64,000 bases of DNA, from the NCBI GenBank assembly GCA_964247055.1, contig OZ176057.1:3906001-3970000 (forward strand), written 5' to 3'. The notes under the pieces are model-generated. The model did not search any database, was not told where the DNA came from, and worked only from the letters and a program-made list of their open reading frames with translations. The stretch's first letter is position 1. Each line of letters begins with the position of its first letter. The position numbers were made by a program, and so were the translations under genes. This DNA is from Paragordius varius. Its lineage: Eukaryota > Animalia > Nematomorpha. Positions 1 to 13,400 of this stretch are shown piece by piece.

Positions 1-3000
1 AACATTAGAATCTGGTGTTTAAACTCATTTTTTGCCTCTTATTGGACCTTCACTAGTTATATTTGGTTTATCGTTCCTTTTTTGCAAAATCAAAATGCAT
101 CGGCATAAATGTTTTTAGTCAGATAGTTGCGTTTGACTTTAATTTATTAATTAAATATATAGTTTAATGTAACATTGGTACAAATATAAGCAATGTTTGC
201 AAAAAAGAGGGTTAATTTTTTTAACAAAAATTTTTTTTCCTGAGATAGCTTATGACCAGCGAATTCATTTGCCGCAAAAAATTTTATTTGTTGACGACCT
301 ATTTTTTGTAATATTGAGAAATCGAAATCGTAATTAATAATAATTAGGGATAAACCAAAAAATAATGATAAAATTTGACATATTATGGTTTACTATCCTA
401 TGAGATATTTCCAATAATAGCCTAAAATCATATAGTTAGGGTTTCTAAAAAATTTAAGCTCAAAAGATGGCGTTTTTAACGCACTTAAAAGACAAATTTT
501 TTTTATAACTATATTCAAATAATTATTTTAATTATATACTAGCTAAACTCACTATTAAAATCTTAACATTCATATTTTATTTATTAAAAAACATATATTA
601 AAATAAAACCAAAAAATATTTTTTCCTATTTTTGTCATCTGGATTATGAGTGTATAAAAATTTTATTCTGTTTTATTTTGGAATCTCACATGAATGGGAA
701 TTATAAAGTATATAATTTATGCAAAATAGCATTTAAAAGTAGGGAATATCAACCAATATATCCCTGTAGCAAGTCTGTTATAAGACAACTTATGTTGGGA
801 TTTCTACGGATTGTTAGTTGAAATTCCACAACTTTTAAATCCTCTTTTACATAAATTATATAGTTTATAATTCCCACTCATGTAAGATTACAAAATAAAA
901 CAGTTTAAATTTATTATACACTCATAAACCAGATGCAAAAAAATGAAAAAGATAAAAAACAATATTTTTTGGTTTTATTTTGATATTTAAGTTTTTTTTA
1001 CTGATTAAAACATGTATGTTAGATTCTAATAGTGAGTTTAGCTAGTATATAATTAATTTAAAAAAATTATTTTAATATCGTTTCATAAAATTTTTTCGTC
1101 TTTTAAATGTGTTAAAAGAAAAACGCCATCTTTTGACTTGAGATTTTATAGAAACCCTAACTATATGATTTTAGGCTATTTATATATTGATAATATTTCC
1201 TAAAATGATAATAAACCATAATATCCCAAATTTTATCAGCCCGATTTCGATTTTCTCTCAATATCAAAAACTAGGTCGTCAACAAATAAAATTTTTTGCG
1301 GCAAATAAATTCGCTTGTCATAAGCTATCTTATGCAAAAAAAACATTTTGTAAAAATTTTTTTGCACACAGTGTAAGTATGCATGACTAGTTCCTCAATA
1401 AGTATTGCCACATTGCATATAAAGAAAAGTGGAATATAATTAGGCTATAGTTTATCTGTTTTTTTACTACTATTAGCCAAAAACATTACTGTATAAGCTA
1501 TCCGGCAATATAAAACTAGCAACGCATACTTATTACACCTCAAGAACATTTCGAATTCACCCTAAAACTAATATACCTTATCATCATTAATATAAAATAT
1601 TTCTTTATGGTATAGCTTTTTATTTTTTCTGTTTTATGTTAATTTTAAACATATAAAAAATATAAGTATCATTTGATATTTAAAAACACATTATTTTAGG
1701 GTAAATTTGAATTGTTCAAGGGTGAATTTGAAGTGTAAATGTTAAATATATTTTTTAACACATACTCTATTTCAAAACATTTAGTTTTTGACAAGCAAAC
1801 TGAAAAATCATGTGAACTTAATGCAATAGAACACCGTGTCTTACTATATTTTCAAGTGGTTGTTGGATGTGCCTTACCTATTGCCATAACCTTGGGCCTA
1901 TACATAAATATGGGGTATAAACTTTGGGTCTCGACCAAAATTGTTTCGCTTTTGGCCGCTAGTGGTTTATCACGAACACCCTCTTCTTACAATAATGATA
2001 ATATGAAATGTTTACCTATCGTTACAAACTCTACCCCCTATGAAGATAGTCGAATATCAAATTTTAACCGACCTCAAGTATGGTCTCAACGATGGTTTAG
2101 GTTCAAAAAGAATCAGAGTAATCTTGGCAAAAACTGGCAATCGACAAAATTTTCTTTTGAAAACATCGATCCAGACATCATGAATGGGCAAATGTTAGAA
2201 GTAAAAAATGATGTACGAAATCACGCTGAACAAAAAATATGTAATGATTTAGATAATGAAACCAAAAATTTACATAGTCAATCTCAACAATTTTATCCAT
2301 ATCGCTCAAGCATAACCAATACAAGTAGTCATATAACCGATTTTTCAACCGATATCTCATACACGAGTCCCCAACGAACTCAAAACAAAATTAGAAAATC
2401 ATCCATATCCGGGCCCAAAAGAAGTTTAATAAATGATGATCTACTCAATGTTCCAATTAATTTTGCTCAAACCCTGCCTCTACAAGAAACATTAAACGAA
2501 TCTTTTAAGAGCGATATCAGCCCAACAAAAGGTATTGTGTCTCAACCAAATAGTGGTCCAATTTCGGAAATCAAACATGATGGGGCCAAACGGAAAAAAG
2601 TTTCGTGGCAATATGATACAATCCTAAATAATGACGTAACTACCCAAAGAGACAACTTTGATTATAAAACCCCAACCCCAACAAATAATAATGCTAAGAT
2701 AAAAGATTCACAAGACAATACCAAGCCATTGAGAATGAACCTAAAAAATCATGAAAAACGGAGAGAGGTTCGTGATTTATCAAACCATGACTTATTGTTA
2801 CTTAAAAGGCGTCGATCTACCTACTTTGGAGCAGTATTCGGGAAATCATTCAAGAAACGCAGTAAATCGGTTAAAAAGGGTGTACCTGCCCTCATTCTGC
2901 CAACGCACTATTTAGAGGAATCTCCGAATGAACCCAATCAACGTGCAGAAATGGATCTAGAACATCCAATAACTAATAAAACGACTAATAATTTGTATCC

Positions 3001-3342
3001 GGAATATTCTGGTCAGTTGGATATACCAAGGGCTCAGACACCACCGACATTTTCAGAGTCCTCACCTCTTACCCCTAACCTGAGTGCGGCACAAAGGCAT
3101 AGAGATATGCGAAATAAACAAGCTGCCAAAATGGTTTTCACACTTGCTTCATTGTAAGTATTAGTGGGCCTTCTCAATTTACATTTCAAATTCATCCTTG
3201 AACTATTCGAATTCACAATTCAAATACACCCTATAAAATGTTTTTAAGATTAAAAATCACCTATGTTTTTTATATATTTTCAAAAAAAATAAATTTCGAA
3301 GGTGATTTTAAATTGTTAAAGGGTGAATTCGAATCGTAAATA

Positions 3343-3385
<43 letters not shown>

Positions 3386-5475
3386 TTTCGCTATAGTAGT
3401 ACAAAATTTAAACGATTTTTTCTTTAATATAATGGTAAATACATGATAAAAGGTTTTGTTTTCAGTTAATTAATTAACTAACGACTACCTGAGAGGCAGG
3501 GACAAGTTTAAAATTAATTATAAATATAAATGAAAAATATTTATTATCAAGTAATTAATATTAATTAAGTGTTGAATAATTATACATTATATGTATATAT
3601 ATTTAATTTAATTCTAAATTTTAAACATATAAATTTTTTATAAATTTGTCTACCATATTTTGAAAAAAAAATTAAAATTGAACTTATAGTTAATACAAAC
3701 TTGTTCAAAGCATCTATCTAATATTTTTTTATATTAACAAATAGAAGAAGCTGGGTATAAAATACTCTAAAGGATTTTATTAGTTTATCTTGATAGATTG
3801 GTTAATCTAATTACAATAAGGTTAAAATGAAAAATTACACAATATATATATATATATATTCTGTTAGTAGGGAATATATCAGATTATGTTGCTCTTGGTT
3901 TTGGCCCCTTCAAGTGCCTTTAGTAAAACTGTAGTATTTGCTCCATATTAAAAATGGCAAATTTGTACACGTTTTGTATAATAATATTTTTATTAGTAAA
4001 AGCTAAATTGTTTATTCCAAAAATATTACTTAAATATATAATAACCACATATATAAAACAAACAATGTTTGTTAAAATATTTTAATTTTTAGATGTGCAC
4101 TATTAATGTCCCGAATTTTTTCGCTCTTCTGAAATCGGCTTGATCTCTTAAAATCGAAGTGCAAAATTTGAATATTAAAAACTTTTTTTCGAAAAAATGG
4201 ATATATTGTTTATAAATTTAATTTAGGGGAAATCTTGTTGAAGTGTAGTTTATACAATTTTGAGGCATGATAGAAACACTATTCCTATATAATATGATGC
4301 TGCTATATTTTCACCTCAGAATTTTGATTAAATTATTGTTCTTCCTAATGTAACTTAAATATATATTGTTTTTTTAAATGCAGAAATTATAAGAAAATTA
4401 ATTTTTATAAAATAAGGAAGAGAACAGCATAATCGAATCATATGAAAAAGATGTTTTTATAATATCTTATAGCGTTTTTTATACCGTTTCTAGCTGCCTC
4501 AAATTAGTATCTAATACGCTTTAAAAAATTTTGCCTTAAATTATATTTTTCAAAACATCATTTTTTGGAAAAAACTTTTTGATATTCATATTTAGTGTAT
4601 AAATAATTTTTATTGCCAATCACGGCATTTTTGCGTTTATTTAGTGAAAATTAGACTGTTTCGGACGGGTCTAAAACTTTAATTTTATAAACATTTTTTT
4701 TTATATGTTGGTTGTGATTTATGAGATATTTTTGGAATAAGGCATTTGGCTTTCACTAAAAAAATTATTTTACAAAACGTGCGCAAATTTTTCCATTTAT
4801 GGAGCAGATATTACTCAAGTAACTTTCTTAAATCACTCGTGATGGCCAAATCCAAAAGCACCATGATAACATGATTAATTTTCCTATTAGATTATATATA
4901 TATATATACCATATACAATTCAAATTACCCCTCGAACAATTCAAATTTACCCTAAAAAATTATGTGTTTTCGGTTTGATATAACTCATTGTATATAAGAA
5001 ATATATTTTGATGGCGTAGTTTATTATTTTTTTCAGTAATATTTAAATTTTAAACGAAAATACATATTTTTAATATAAAAAAAATATAAGTAATTTTTGA
5101 TCTTTAAAAACACTTAATTTATATTATGGTGAATTTGAATTGTTCAAGGGTTTGAACTGTATGGTATATTTCATCAGAATTTTTTATAGAGCAGTGTTTT
5201 AATGTGGTTTATTTGTTGTATCCGTTGCAATTATAGAGTGTTTATTCATTTTGTAAATTTCAAAAGACATTCTTTCGACCAAATTTATTTTTTGAATGAA
5301 TACTTTCACAATTATGTTGTGGCTTATTGCATTCACCTTATAAAATCATTAGATCTCAAATAAATTACACAATTTGAATTATAGACGGACAAAACGTAAT
5401 AATATATGGACAAATATTTTTTTCTAAAAAAACAATAAAAATCTTGGTTTTTTAAATTGGCAAAGTGTGAATCGA

Positions 5476-5514
<39 letters not shown>

Positions 5515-6317
5515 TTATACACAATCATTTCAATTAGTTAAATAGCTTATGTAGGAAGAATTAAGGTTTAAAAATATTTGTCTCTTGTCCGTATAATTTC
5601 AATTTTTAGTGTACTTTGGACATGCGAATTTTATGCACAACAAAATTATACATTGTAATAAATAACAGGTATATAGCATGCAATCTACCCTTCTACATAT
5701 TTTCGGCATTTCAACTCCATCAAATACCCATACCACCTACCACGATTTATATACACAACATTTTGATACACACAGATCATTGGCTGCATACAGGTGTATA
5801 CCTTATATTTAATCAAAGTTTTCGGGCAATATTCGTGAAACGTTTCTTGCACTGCAAATGGCCAAAATGTACTACTAAATGGGCCCCAAAATGGTTAACT
5901 AGTTGCATGAATGCTCTTTTGAGCAGCCTTAGAATCCTCCCGAAACGTTCTCAAAAACATTCGAAATCTCTTATTACGCAAAAGCGTGAAAGCCATGGCC
6001 TGAATCCCGCCAAAATTGGCAAAAGCTTACCTTTAACCTCTCAGAATGTTAATTCAACACAAAGAATCGCCAATAAAAAGTTCTCATGTGCCTCCTCAGC
6101 TATAGTAGATGATAGGGAACAAAAAGGTGGCTCCCATTGGCTTTCCGCCATTCATAACGTATTAACATTGGGAAATTTAGGTGCTAAGCTTCGTGGCGGC
6201 TCAAACAATAATAATACCTCAAGAGAACCTGATGATATAATGTCCAGTTCTTCTGCACACCGAATCAAAAATTGCAATCAACTCAAAGGTATGCCACCAC
6301 CAATAATAGTTTTTTAA
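1..6317 (+). CDS. Class A (rhodopsin-like) GPCR, neuropeptide-receptor-like, 5' end off-window. Exons: 1..55 (tentative, TM4), 1785..3153 (ECL2, TM5, long ICL3, start of TM6), 5669..6317 (TM6, TM7, tail)
   Basis: ECL2 Cys (KSCE), TM5 LLYFQVVVGCALPIAITLGLYINMGYKLW, TM6 KQAAKMVFTLASL|YIACNLPFY. TM6 is joined across a phase-2 GT-AG intron 3154..5668 (TT+G=Leu). TM7/H8 LIHTDHWLHTGVYLIFNQSFR. Frame 1 of 1..55 reads NIRIWCLNSFFASYWTFT with a phase-1 GT at 56 that matches the phase of the 1785 acceptor. KLW after TM5 and KxAKM before TM6 recall orexin/allatotropin-type receptors (recalled, not searched). Confidence 0.85.
191..1373. mobile_element. Non-autonomous foldback DNA transposon, CMC/Chapaev-like (~1.18 kb, arms >500 bp)
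   Basis: Arms ~191-730 and ~860-1373 are reverse complements (e.g. gagatagcttatgac / gtcataagctatctt). Termini are CAATGTTTGCAAAAAA and TTTTTTGCACACAGTG. A 4-bp TSD TAAG lies at 187-190 and 1374-1377. CAC termini plus a 4-bp TSD fit Chapaev. Confidence 0.7.
3861..4891. mobile_element. ~1 kb element with imperfect ~45-bp TIRs between two (TA)n runs (family F); related end near 48790-48950
   Basis: gttgctcttggttttggcc near 3890 is the inverted match of ggccaaatccaaaagcacca near 4845. The same motif, tggtgcttttggttttggcc, recurs near 48833. Confidence 0.45.
4908..5165. mobile_element. MITE family A copy
   Basis: ACCAT terminus, subterminal aattcacccttgaacaattca-type repeats in inverted orientation, and the shared internal core. 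Flanked by TA. Confidence 0.7.
5365..5614. mobile_element. MITE family B (Tc1/mariner-like) degenerate copy
   Basis: Left arm acggacaaaacgtaa and right arm ttgtccgtataatttcaattttta, matching the other family B copies. Confidence 0.55.
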
Positions 6318-7140
6318 TATAGCAATCCATGTTTTGAGACGTGGAAACATTATTGGTTGTAATTCGCATTTTTATGGTAAATAATGGTTTCCTCCTAGAA
6401 TATAAACATAATAGCAGCCAATTTATAAAATAAACTTACAGTAAAATTGAAAAACTCTCATGTTTAATAAAACTAAAAATATTAAAAGTTTAGTTAATAC
6501 TGTCGAAAAAAACAATTTTATAACCGTTTAAGTTTAATGATTTTGACTTAAAAATAGTTATTACTATTTAGAGTAATGAATTTGTATTTGGGCATAATTT
6601 TTTGCAAAAATTTTGATTTATTATCAAAACATCATTGAAATCAGTGGCAATCACGAAAAAATTTTGAAGGACGAAATAAAATATTTTCCTCGTATCAAGG
6701 GCCGCGCATTTCATAATATCGATATATATATTGTGTAGCGGTTTTGACAAATAAGACAGACCATTTGCAAGAACCTATGAAAGTGCCCATAAACACATTA
6801 AGTTGCTCCTTGAACATAAAATGCTTCGCAGTTGCATTTAAATATATATTAATATTCATAAAAAATTTATAAGATCTCAAAAGTAAAACTATAAAAACCA
6901 CAATCAATCTTACTTCTTGCTAGTGGGAATGACTAATTTAGAGAAATTGTTTGAAGAAATATCAGTTTTACTAAGATTTAGTTTTAGCATATTGTTTGCA
7001 TAAATAACCAAATTTTTCGCGAGCCGAAGATAAAGTCTTGGAGACCGCAGGCAACCCACAGAGCGGGTGTAGGACTGACCTAATATATTTAAAACGATTT
7101 AGAAGGATTTAAAAATTGATTTAAACCATTTAATCAGAGC

Positions 7141-7655
7141 ATATATCATTTGAAAATCAAGAGTGTCCTTAAACACTTCAAGTTTATACTATTTCAATAA
7201 TTCTTCAAAATTTTTATCTTTTTTTCTTATATTCGAACCAGGTATAATTTCTCTGCCCTATCATTTAATTCTCTTTAGTCAACCTACATTTTTAATTAAA
7301 GGCTTAATTAAAAACCAAATATCTTAAATTTCTTTAAAAATATTTCAATATTAATCAGGTTTTAATAAATAAATAAATAAATAAGGTTATTGTGTAATTA
7401 ATTAAAAACACTAATACTTTTAAATATTATAAAGTACTTTTTTGAACCTAGAAATTTTAAAAATGAAAAATGCAATGATACTAATACATATAGTATAAGG
7501 TTTAAAAATAAAAAAAATAAAACATGCAAAAATTACCGTTATACGCAAACTCAAAAAGTAAGGACCAATTTAGAGTGTTAAATTATACTTGAAATATCAT
7601 GTTAAAGGACATGAAGTGTTGAAGGACACTATTGAAGGGTAAATGGCATATAAAA
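7141..7655. mobile_element. MITE family C degenerate copy
   Basis: catttgaaaatcaagagtgtccttaaacacttcaag on the left and gaagtgttgaaggacactattgaagggtaaatgg on the right. Same termini as 35552-36354. Confidence 0.55.
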
Positions 7656-7991
7656 AAAACAAAAACTGACATTAGTTTATATTTTAATTTTATTTTTGGA
7701 CAAAGATTCCTTGTAGTAACGAAAATTTATGCTTTAAAAAAATTTTGATAATGATTTACAATTTCAATGATAATAAAATATGATTTAAGCGCAAACAATA
7801 TCCAAAAAAATTATTTATACCAGTTTGTAGTCAAAAGCATAATATTTTCAAGCAGAATTTTTTCAAGCAAATGCGGATAAAACGATGGCCTTGCATTAAA
7901 AGAAGTTGCGTTTGCTTGAAAAAATGTTGCGTTTGACTGAAAAATACCAATCTCTAAGTTCAAATTTAGTTGTTGTTACACTGAATTATAT

Positions 7992-8290
7992 TACAGTAAA
8001 AACTGAAATTAAACGGAAAAAATTAAAAATATAAACAAAATTTTTTTTACAAAAGACAACCATGCTCTTATAAACCATATTTTTCTCATATAAATTATCT
8101 AATTACAATTGTTAAATATATAATTGATTGTGTAACCAATATACATATCAATTTTATATTTTGCAATTGAAAACAATGAGTTATCTTTATAAAAATGAAG
8201 TTTAAAAAAGTATGGTTGTCTTTTAGAAAAAAACATTTGTCTTTATATTTTTACGTTTTGTCCGTATAAAGTCAAATTCAATTATGTTTA
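7992..8290. mobile_element. MITE family B copy
   Basis: TACAGTAAAAACTGAAATTAAACGG left arm. Inverted aaaaaagtatggttgtc...ttttgtccgtata right arm. Confidence 0.65.
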
Positions 8291-8457
8291 ACAATAATTC
8301 TATTGTTTAAATAAAATATAAGGTTATACACCGATGACAAAAAGTGTAAAAAAGATGAATGTAGTGCTCAATGATGCTGAAAAAAGAAATTTAAATTCTC
8401 CCGAAAGATCTGGCTATTTCTCCTATGTGATAGAAGACTAGAGACCATTATATTTAT

Positions 8458-8495
<38 letters not shown>

Positions 8496-8518
8496 TTATA
8501 TACGGTAAAAATTAAGTA

Positions 8519-8805
8519 CAGTAAAAATGGAAATTATACGTATAAAACGTAAAAATATACAGACAAATATTTTTTTCAAAAGACAACTCTACTTTTTAAA
8601 TCTTGATTATTTTCAATATAACTCATTATTTTAATCAAAAATGTATCAAATGCACATTTAAATAGGAAACCCCATCAATTTATATTTTACAGTGGTAGGT
8701 AAATATTTATATAAGATTAGATTTAAAAAAGTATGGTTGTCTTTTGAAAAAAAATATTTCTTTAAATTTTTACGCCTTGTCCGTATAATTTCAATTTTTA
8801 CTGTA
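8519..8805. mobile_element. MITE family B copy
   Basis: TA|CAGTAAAAA...TTTTTACTG|TA with ~80-bp TIRs. Confidence 0.7.
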
Positions 8806-9531
8806 TATGAGGCGTAAAACACGTAAATTAACAAATTGTGAACAAAACGCTGTAAAAACTTCGATTTAAATTGGAGTATCTGGTTTACCCTGATTATAAT
8901 TAAGTTGATATTAAAAAAAGTACTGTAATAACCGGTTCCAATTTAATTTATCCTTCTACCTTAATATAAGTTATATAAATGAGTCAATTATCTTAATAAT
9001 ATTATTTTCAAAATTACTTTATCAATCTACTTCGACGGCATTTTTATTTTGCAAAATATCATTTTTCCTTTTGAAAAGCTATTTACTCACATCTAACATA
9101 ATATAAACAGTATAACAATATTATTTTATATTTAATTAATGCACACATATCATATTGAGTAAATTTTTATATTCATAAGTAACAAGTTTTTTCGATAAAT
9201 CTTTTATATTTCGGTAAATCAAGGTCAAAGTGCACACCCTTACAATGAGTTCCATTTGATTCATATTTTTAAAATTTTTAAATTTTAAACATATATGGGT
9301 TCCCCGAAGACCTTAATTTGAATCGGAAATGTGTTTTATCTAAGTTAACTAAAAAATAGGAATATCAATTTTAAATTTTATAATTAATTTATATCTCAAT
9401 TTTAATTATATAACATCCTATTTTATATGTATAAAATTTTTTTCTTAATTAATTTCAAAATTTAACCAATTTAATTTTTAGCCCTATTTAATATTTACCG
9501 TATATCAAATAAAATTTACATCAATTTGTGT

Positions 9532-9568
<37 letters not shown>

Positions 9569-9629
9569 TTAATTTCCATGTGATTACTTTTTTACGTGCA
9601 ATTCAAAAACAAACCATAACATATATTAT

Positions 9630-9872
9630 ACAGTAAAAATAAAAATTATACAGTATACATTAAGGCAAGTATTTTTTTAAAAAGAAAACCATACTAAAAC
9701 TTATTTTTTTCATCTAAATTATAGTTGAGTGTGGAAATATTTACATCTGTATCCCTCATTTCGAAACCATGACTAAAAAAATAAGGTTAAAAAGTATGGT
9801 TGTCTTTTTTTAAAAAAAATATTTGTCTTCAGTTTTACACTTTGTCTATATAATTCTAATTTTTACTGTGTA
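9630..9872. mobile_element. MITE family B copy
   Basis: tacagtaaaaat left end and aaaagtatggttgtc...tttttactgtg right arm. Confidence 0.6.
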
Positions 9873-10254
9873 ATACGTACTCATATAATATTACTATTGA
9901 TTATTATTATGAAATAAATATTGTATGATATAAGTTTTTTTGTTAATACCAATTTTATTTTTTTATATCAAACATTTATTTATCCTCATTATTATTAAAC
10001 AAATACTCTCCAGGGTATAAATCACTTTAAAGTATTTTTTTAACAAAATTATATAAATTATTCCGTCAATAAAATCAAACAAATCACTTTTAATATACTC
10101 AAAATAATAAAATTAACGTTAATTAATAATAATTTGTAAAAAAAATAAATATTTTATAACGATTTAAATAAGTCCAATATTAATTTGAAAAAATATGCAA
10201 AAATATTTATTGCAGTAAAAAATGATAACAAATAGATTATAAAATTAATTTAAT

Positions 10255-10297
<43 letters not shown>

Positions 10298-10421
10298 AAG
10301 TAAAGTTGACTGGTGAAATTGCACTAATACTATTAACGTGAAAATTTTATGCCAAAAACTAAAAACAATGCATATATATATATGTCATTTCAAATTTGAC
10401 ACTTTAAAATGTAATATTCTT

Positions 10422-13400
10422 TTAACCACAACCATTGCTCATACTAATTTTTCCTTGTTGAAATAATATGTTTCGCATGTCCCACAACTCCTTGTGAACG
10501 GCATAAAATATATCATTATTGGTTTCCATTTCAACGTTGTTTAATGTTTTAGCAACATTTTCCATGATTTGTGCGTTTGTATTTGAAGAATTTTGCCTGG
10601 TACAAACATTTTGCGTATAGATATGAGCCAATTTTTTCTTAACACCATGATAAAAATGGTGTAATACGGGTCTATCAGATCCAAAAACATCCCAACCATC
10701 AACCACATACAATTGTGTCAAAGAACAAATTAATACAATGTGACCAATGTTAAGGTTAAAACTATCCATATTTTCCACAATATTTTTATCGATTGCTGAT
10801 AAGGCGTTTTCTTGTAAAATATCTTTTTGGCTTACAAAAGTTTCAAAATTATTTTGTTGGTTATTTGTTACGTGTTCTCTTCTGGGCATATTCGTTTGAT
10901 CAGCTACTCCTAAATTGATAAAAGAATCAGAACTAAAAGATAACCGGGGTAACCAATCATTTTGTACAAGTTCCAAAGCATTTTCAATTTCATACTTGAT
11001 GTTTGCCAACGCATTGTAATTCGTAGGTTGTTCCGAAACCTTTTAACATATATATATATCTAATCAACCATAAACTTAGCTCATAAAGTTTATTAGTTTA
11101 CAAGATTTTCTAAAAATAAAAAAACTAGCCAGGAAAGAATCATAGCTATAATACAAGTATAAAAATTTAATTCAAAATATAAGGAGGATTACCGTTTTTT
11201 ATTCGTTTCACCTAGACTATAGAACGAAAATTTGTAAACTTATTTAAAACAAAACTCAATCTCAATTCTCAACACAAAAACGTTTCCAATAAACCTCAGT
11301 ATTCCATTAAAGAATCTTGTTTAAAATTATACTAAAACAAATTTAGACTAACACTTCATGGCTTTTAGGGAAATTTTATAACCCAGAACGATTTAAGGTT
11401 TGAATATCTTAAATAAAGTATTTCAGGTATTTGGCTGGAATTTAAAATATGCTTTTTTGAGCATTTTAGTATAATAAAATTTTTTTTTGAAAAATATAGT
11501 AAAAAATTCTTATCTCAAAATTTTCACCACCATTTAATTTTTTAAAATCGATTTAACAGGCAAACAAATGTATTATGGTTAGAAAAATGTAAATAATTAA
11601 TTTAATTAGAACATCAATAGAGCAATCGTGTTTTGAAGCTATTTTAATATTTAATTCTAACAGTTTACAAAAAAATCTTCATTATCTTATACAGGAGATA
11701 GATTTTAACCAAAATAACTTTCAAAACAGTAGTTTATTTACTAGATTGAGGTATATAAAACTACAATATCTTATTGCGGACAAAAAAGTGAACAGCTCAT
11801 AAAGTGTTAAATGTTTTAACGAAAAAATTAAAAAATAAACCAATGTGAGGGAATATACATACATATCAAACTTTTTCATAATACTTAAAAATATATTTTA
11901 ACAAAGCAATAAAAACGAATGATGAGTTTGGATGAAAAAATGTTAATCCATCCGTTTTAGGTCCCAGGGTTTATGGGTTTACCTCGCACCAATTTTTTGA
12001 ACAATGTTCTCAAAGATTGGTTCGTATTCAAGACATTATCTAGCCTGGTACAGAGAATAAAACTCTCACCTCTGATAAAGAGGTCTAAATTACAAAATAA
12101 TGAATAAATGATTAAAAAAAGTTATGATCAACCATTTGTTGGCCCTACAATGATAACGGGTAAAGTGATTTTTTTTAAACTCAGTTTATTTGGGTATATT
12201 ATGAATTTTATTATTATATTCAATTTTTGTAAGCTATTCTGTATGCGGTTTTACTTCCGATCATATCTTCAGGATTTATCATCATCAGTTGGTTGTTTCT
12301 CCAGCATTAGATTGCTCCAAATTATTGAGCGAAATAACTTGCGATCGAAACAGTCGTCTTTGGTCAATTGAGTTAAGTTTAGGTCATGGGTGATGGTTTT
12401 TTCCAATCACGATATGGTCTAACTCGTCTTAATTTGCAGTTTGGATGAAAGAATCACATTCTATAATATACTTTGGGTTAGCGTCCTCTGTAATGAGCAC
12501 ATTTCCACTATATTTCATAGTAACTGCGGTGTTACTGTTCTTATCTCACCATAATACACATTATAGGTATTGGCTCGGTTTAAATTAATCATTTTTAACC
12601 GAATCATACATGATTACTGCTGCTTAAATTGGCGCTTCCTATATTCTATCTTTTATTCTTAGAGCATACGATTGGATATCTTAGAATCGGCTTTGAACGG
12701 TGAAGCTTAGCCCATCTGTGGATAACTTAATACCTAGGCTGATGCCATCTCATACTTGCTATTTACTAATTTAGTTCCCCAAACATATAAGAAGTTGTTT
12801 ATTAATTCAATTCCCCTTATCATGATTTATCATTCGTAATAACACATTTTGTGGTTGAATCTTTTTTTCATTTTGTTTGACTTCCCTTTGATTTTGGTGC
12901 AAATTTTATGAATCCAATACTCACACAGACAATATAGTATTATGATGAAATCATACCAAGATTGTTTTGTTAGATATTACAAAAAAATGCAGCAATCGTA
13001 AGGGTCTCTCGTCCTATTGATCGATATATTTTAATTAATCTGTATTTATTTTCAGGCCGTTGACTCTATTTATATATTTTTCCCAATTCTTGATATGCAA
13101 CTCTGCCCTTAACATCAAATCATTAGCATAAAGGGTTTCAAACGATAAACACTCCCTATTTTTCCTAAGATATTGTATCCAACAATATCACAAATACTAA
13201 TGGGCTAGATGGGACACCCTTGTAATCCACTATTACTGCTAATTATTTCGGCATTTTCTACAGGGGATATTATTTACAGAAGCAAATACAGTTTTATATG
13301 GGGATATTTGATGGTTTGCATTTAATAGATAGAAACCTGTTTTTCTCTCAAAGCCCATGAAATCAATTCTCTGGGTACCAGATAATGCCAGACCTAGCTA

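Noticed and set aside
6568-6907. Short ORFs and a coding-looking stretch downstream of the GPCR
   Set aside because: No recognisable motif, interrupted by stops, and no consistent splice partners. Possibly an old TE remnant.
7015-7085. GC-richer 60-mer with a weak CCGC...GCGG hairpin before CTAA (Helitron 3' end or small RNA?)
   Set aside because: No matching 5' end or second copy was found, and there is no tRNA/snRNA fold. Too weak to call.
10422-11009. Stand-alone 195-aa gene or transposon ORF
   Set aside because: It has a phase-0 acceptor at 11040 and supplies the C-terminal helices of the GST whose first three exons lie at 14013-14471.
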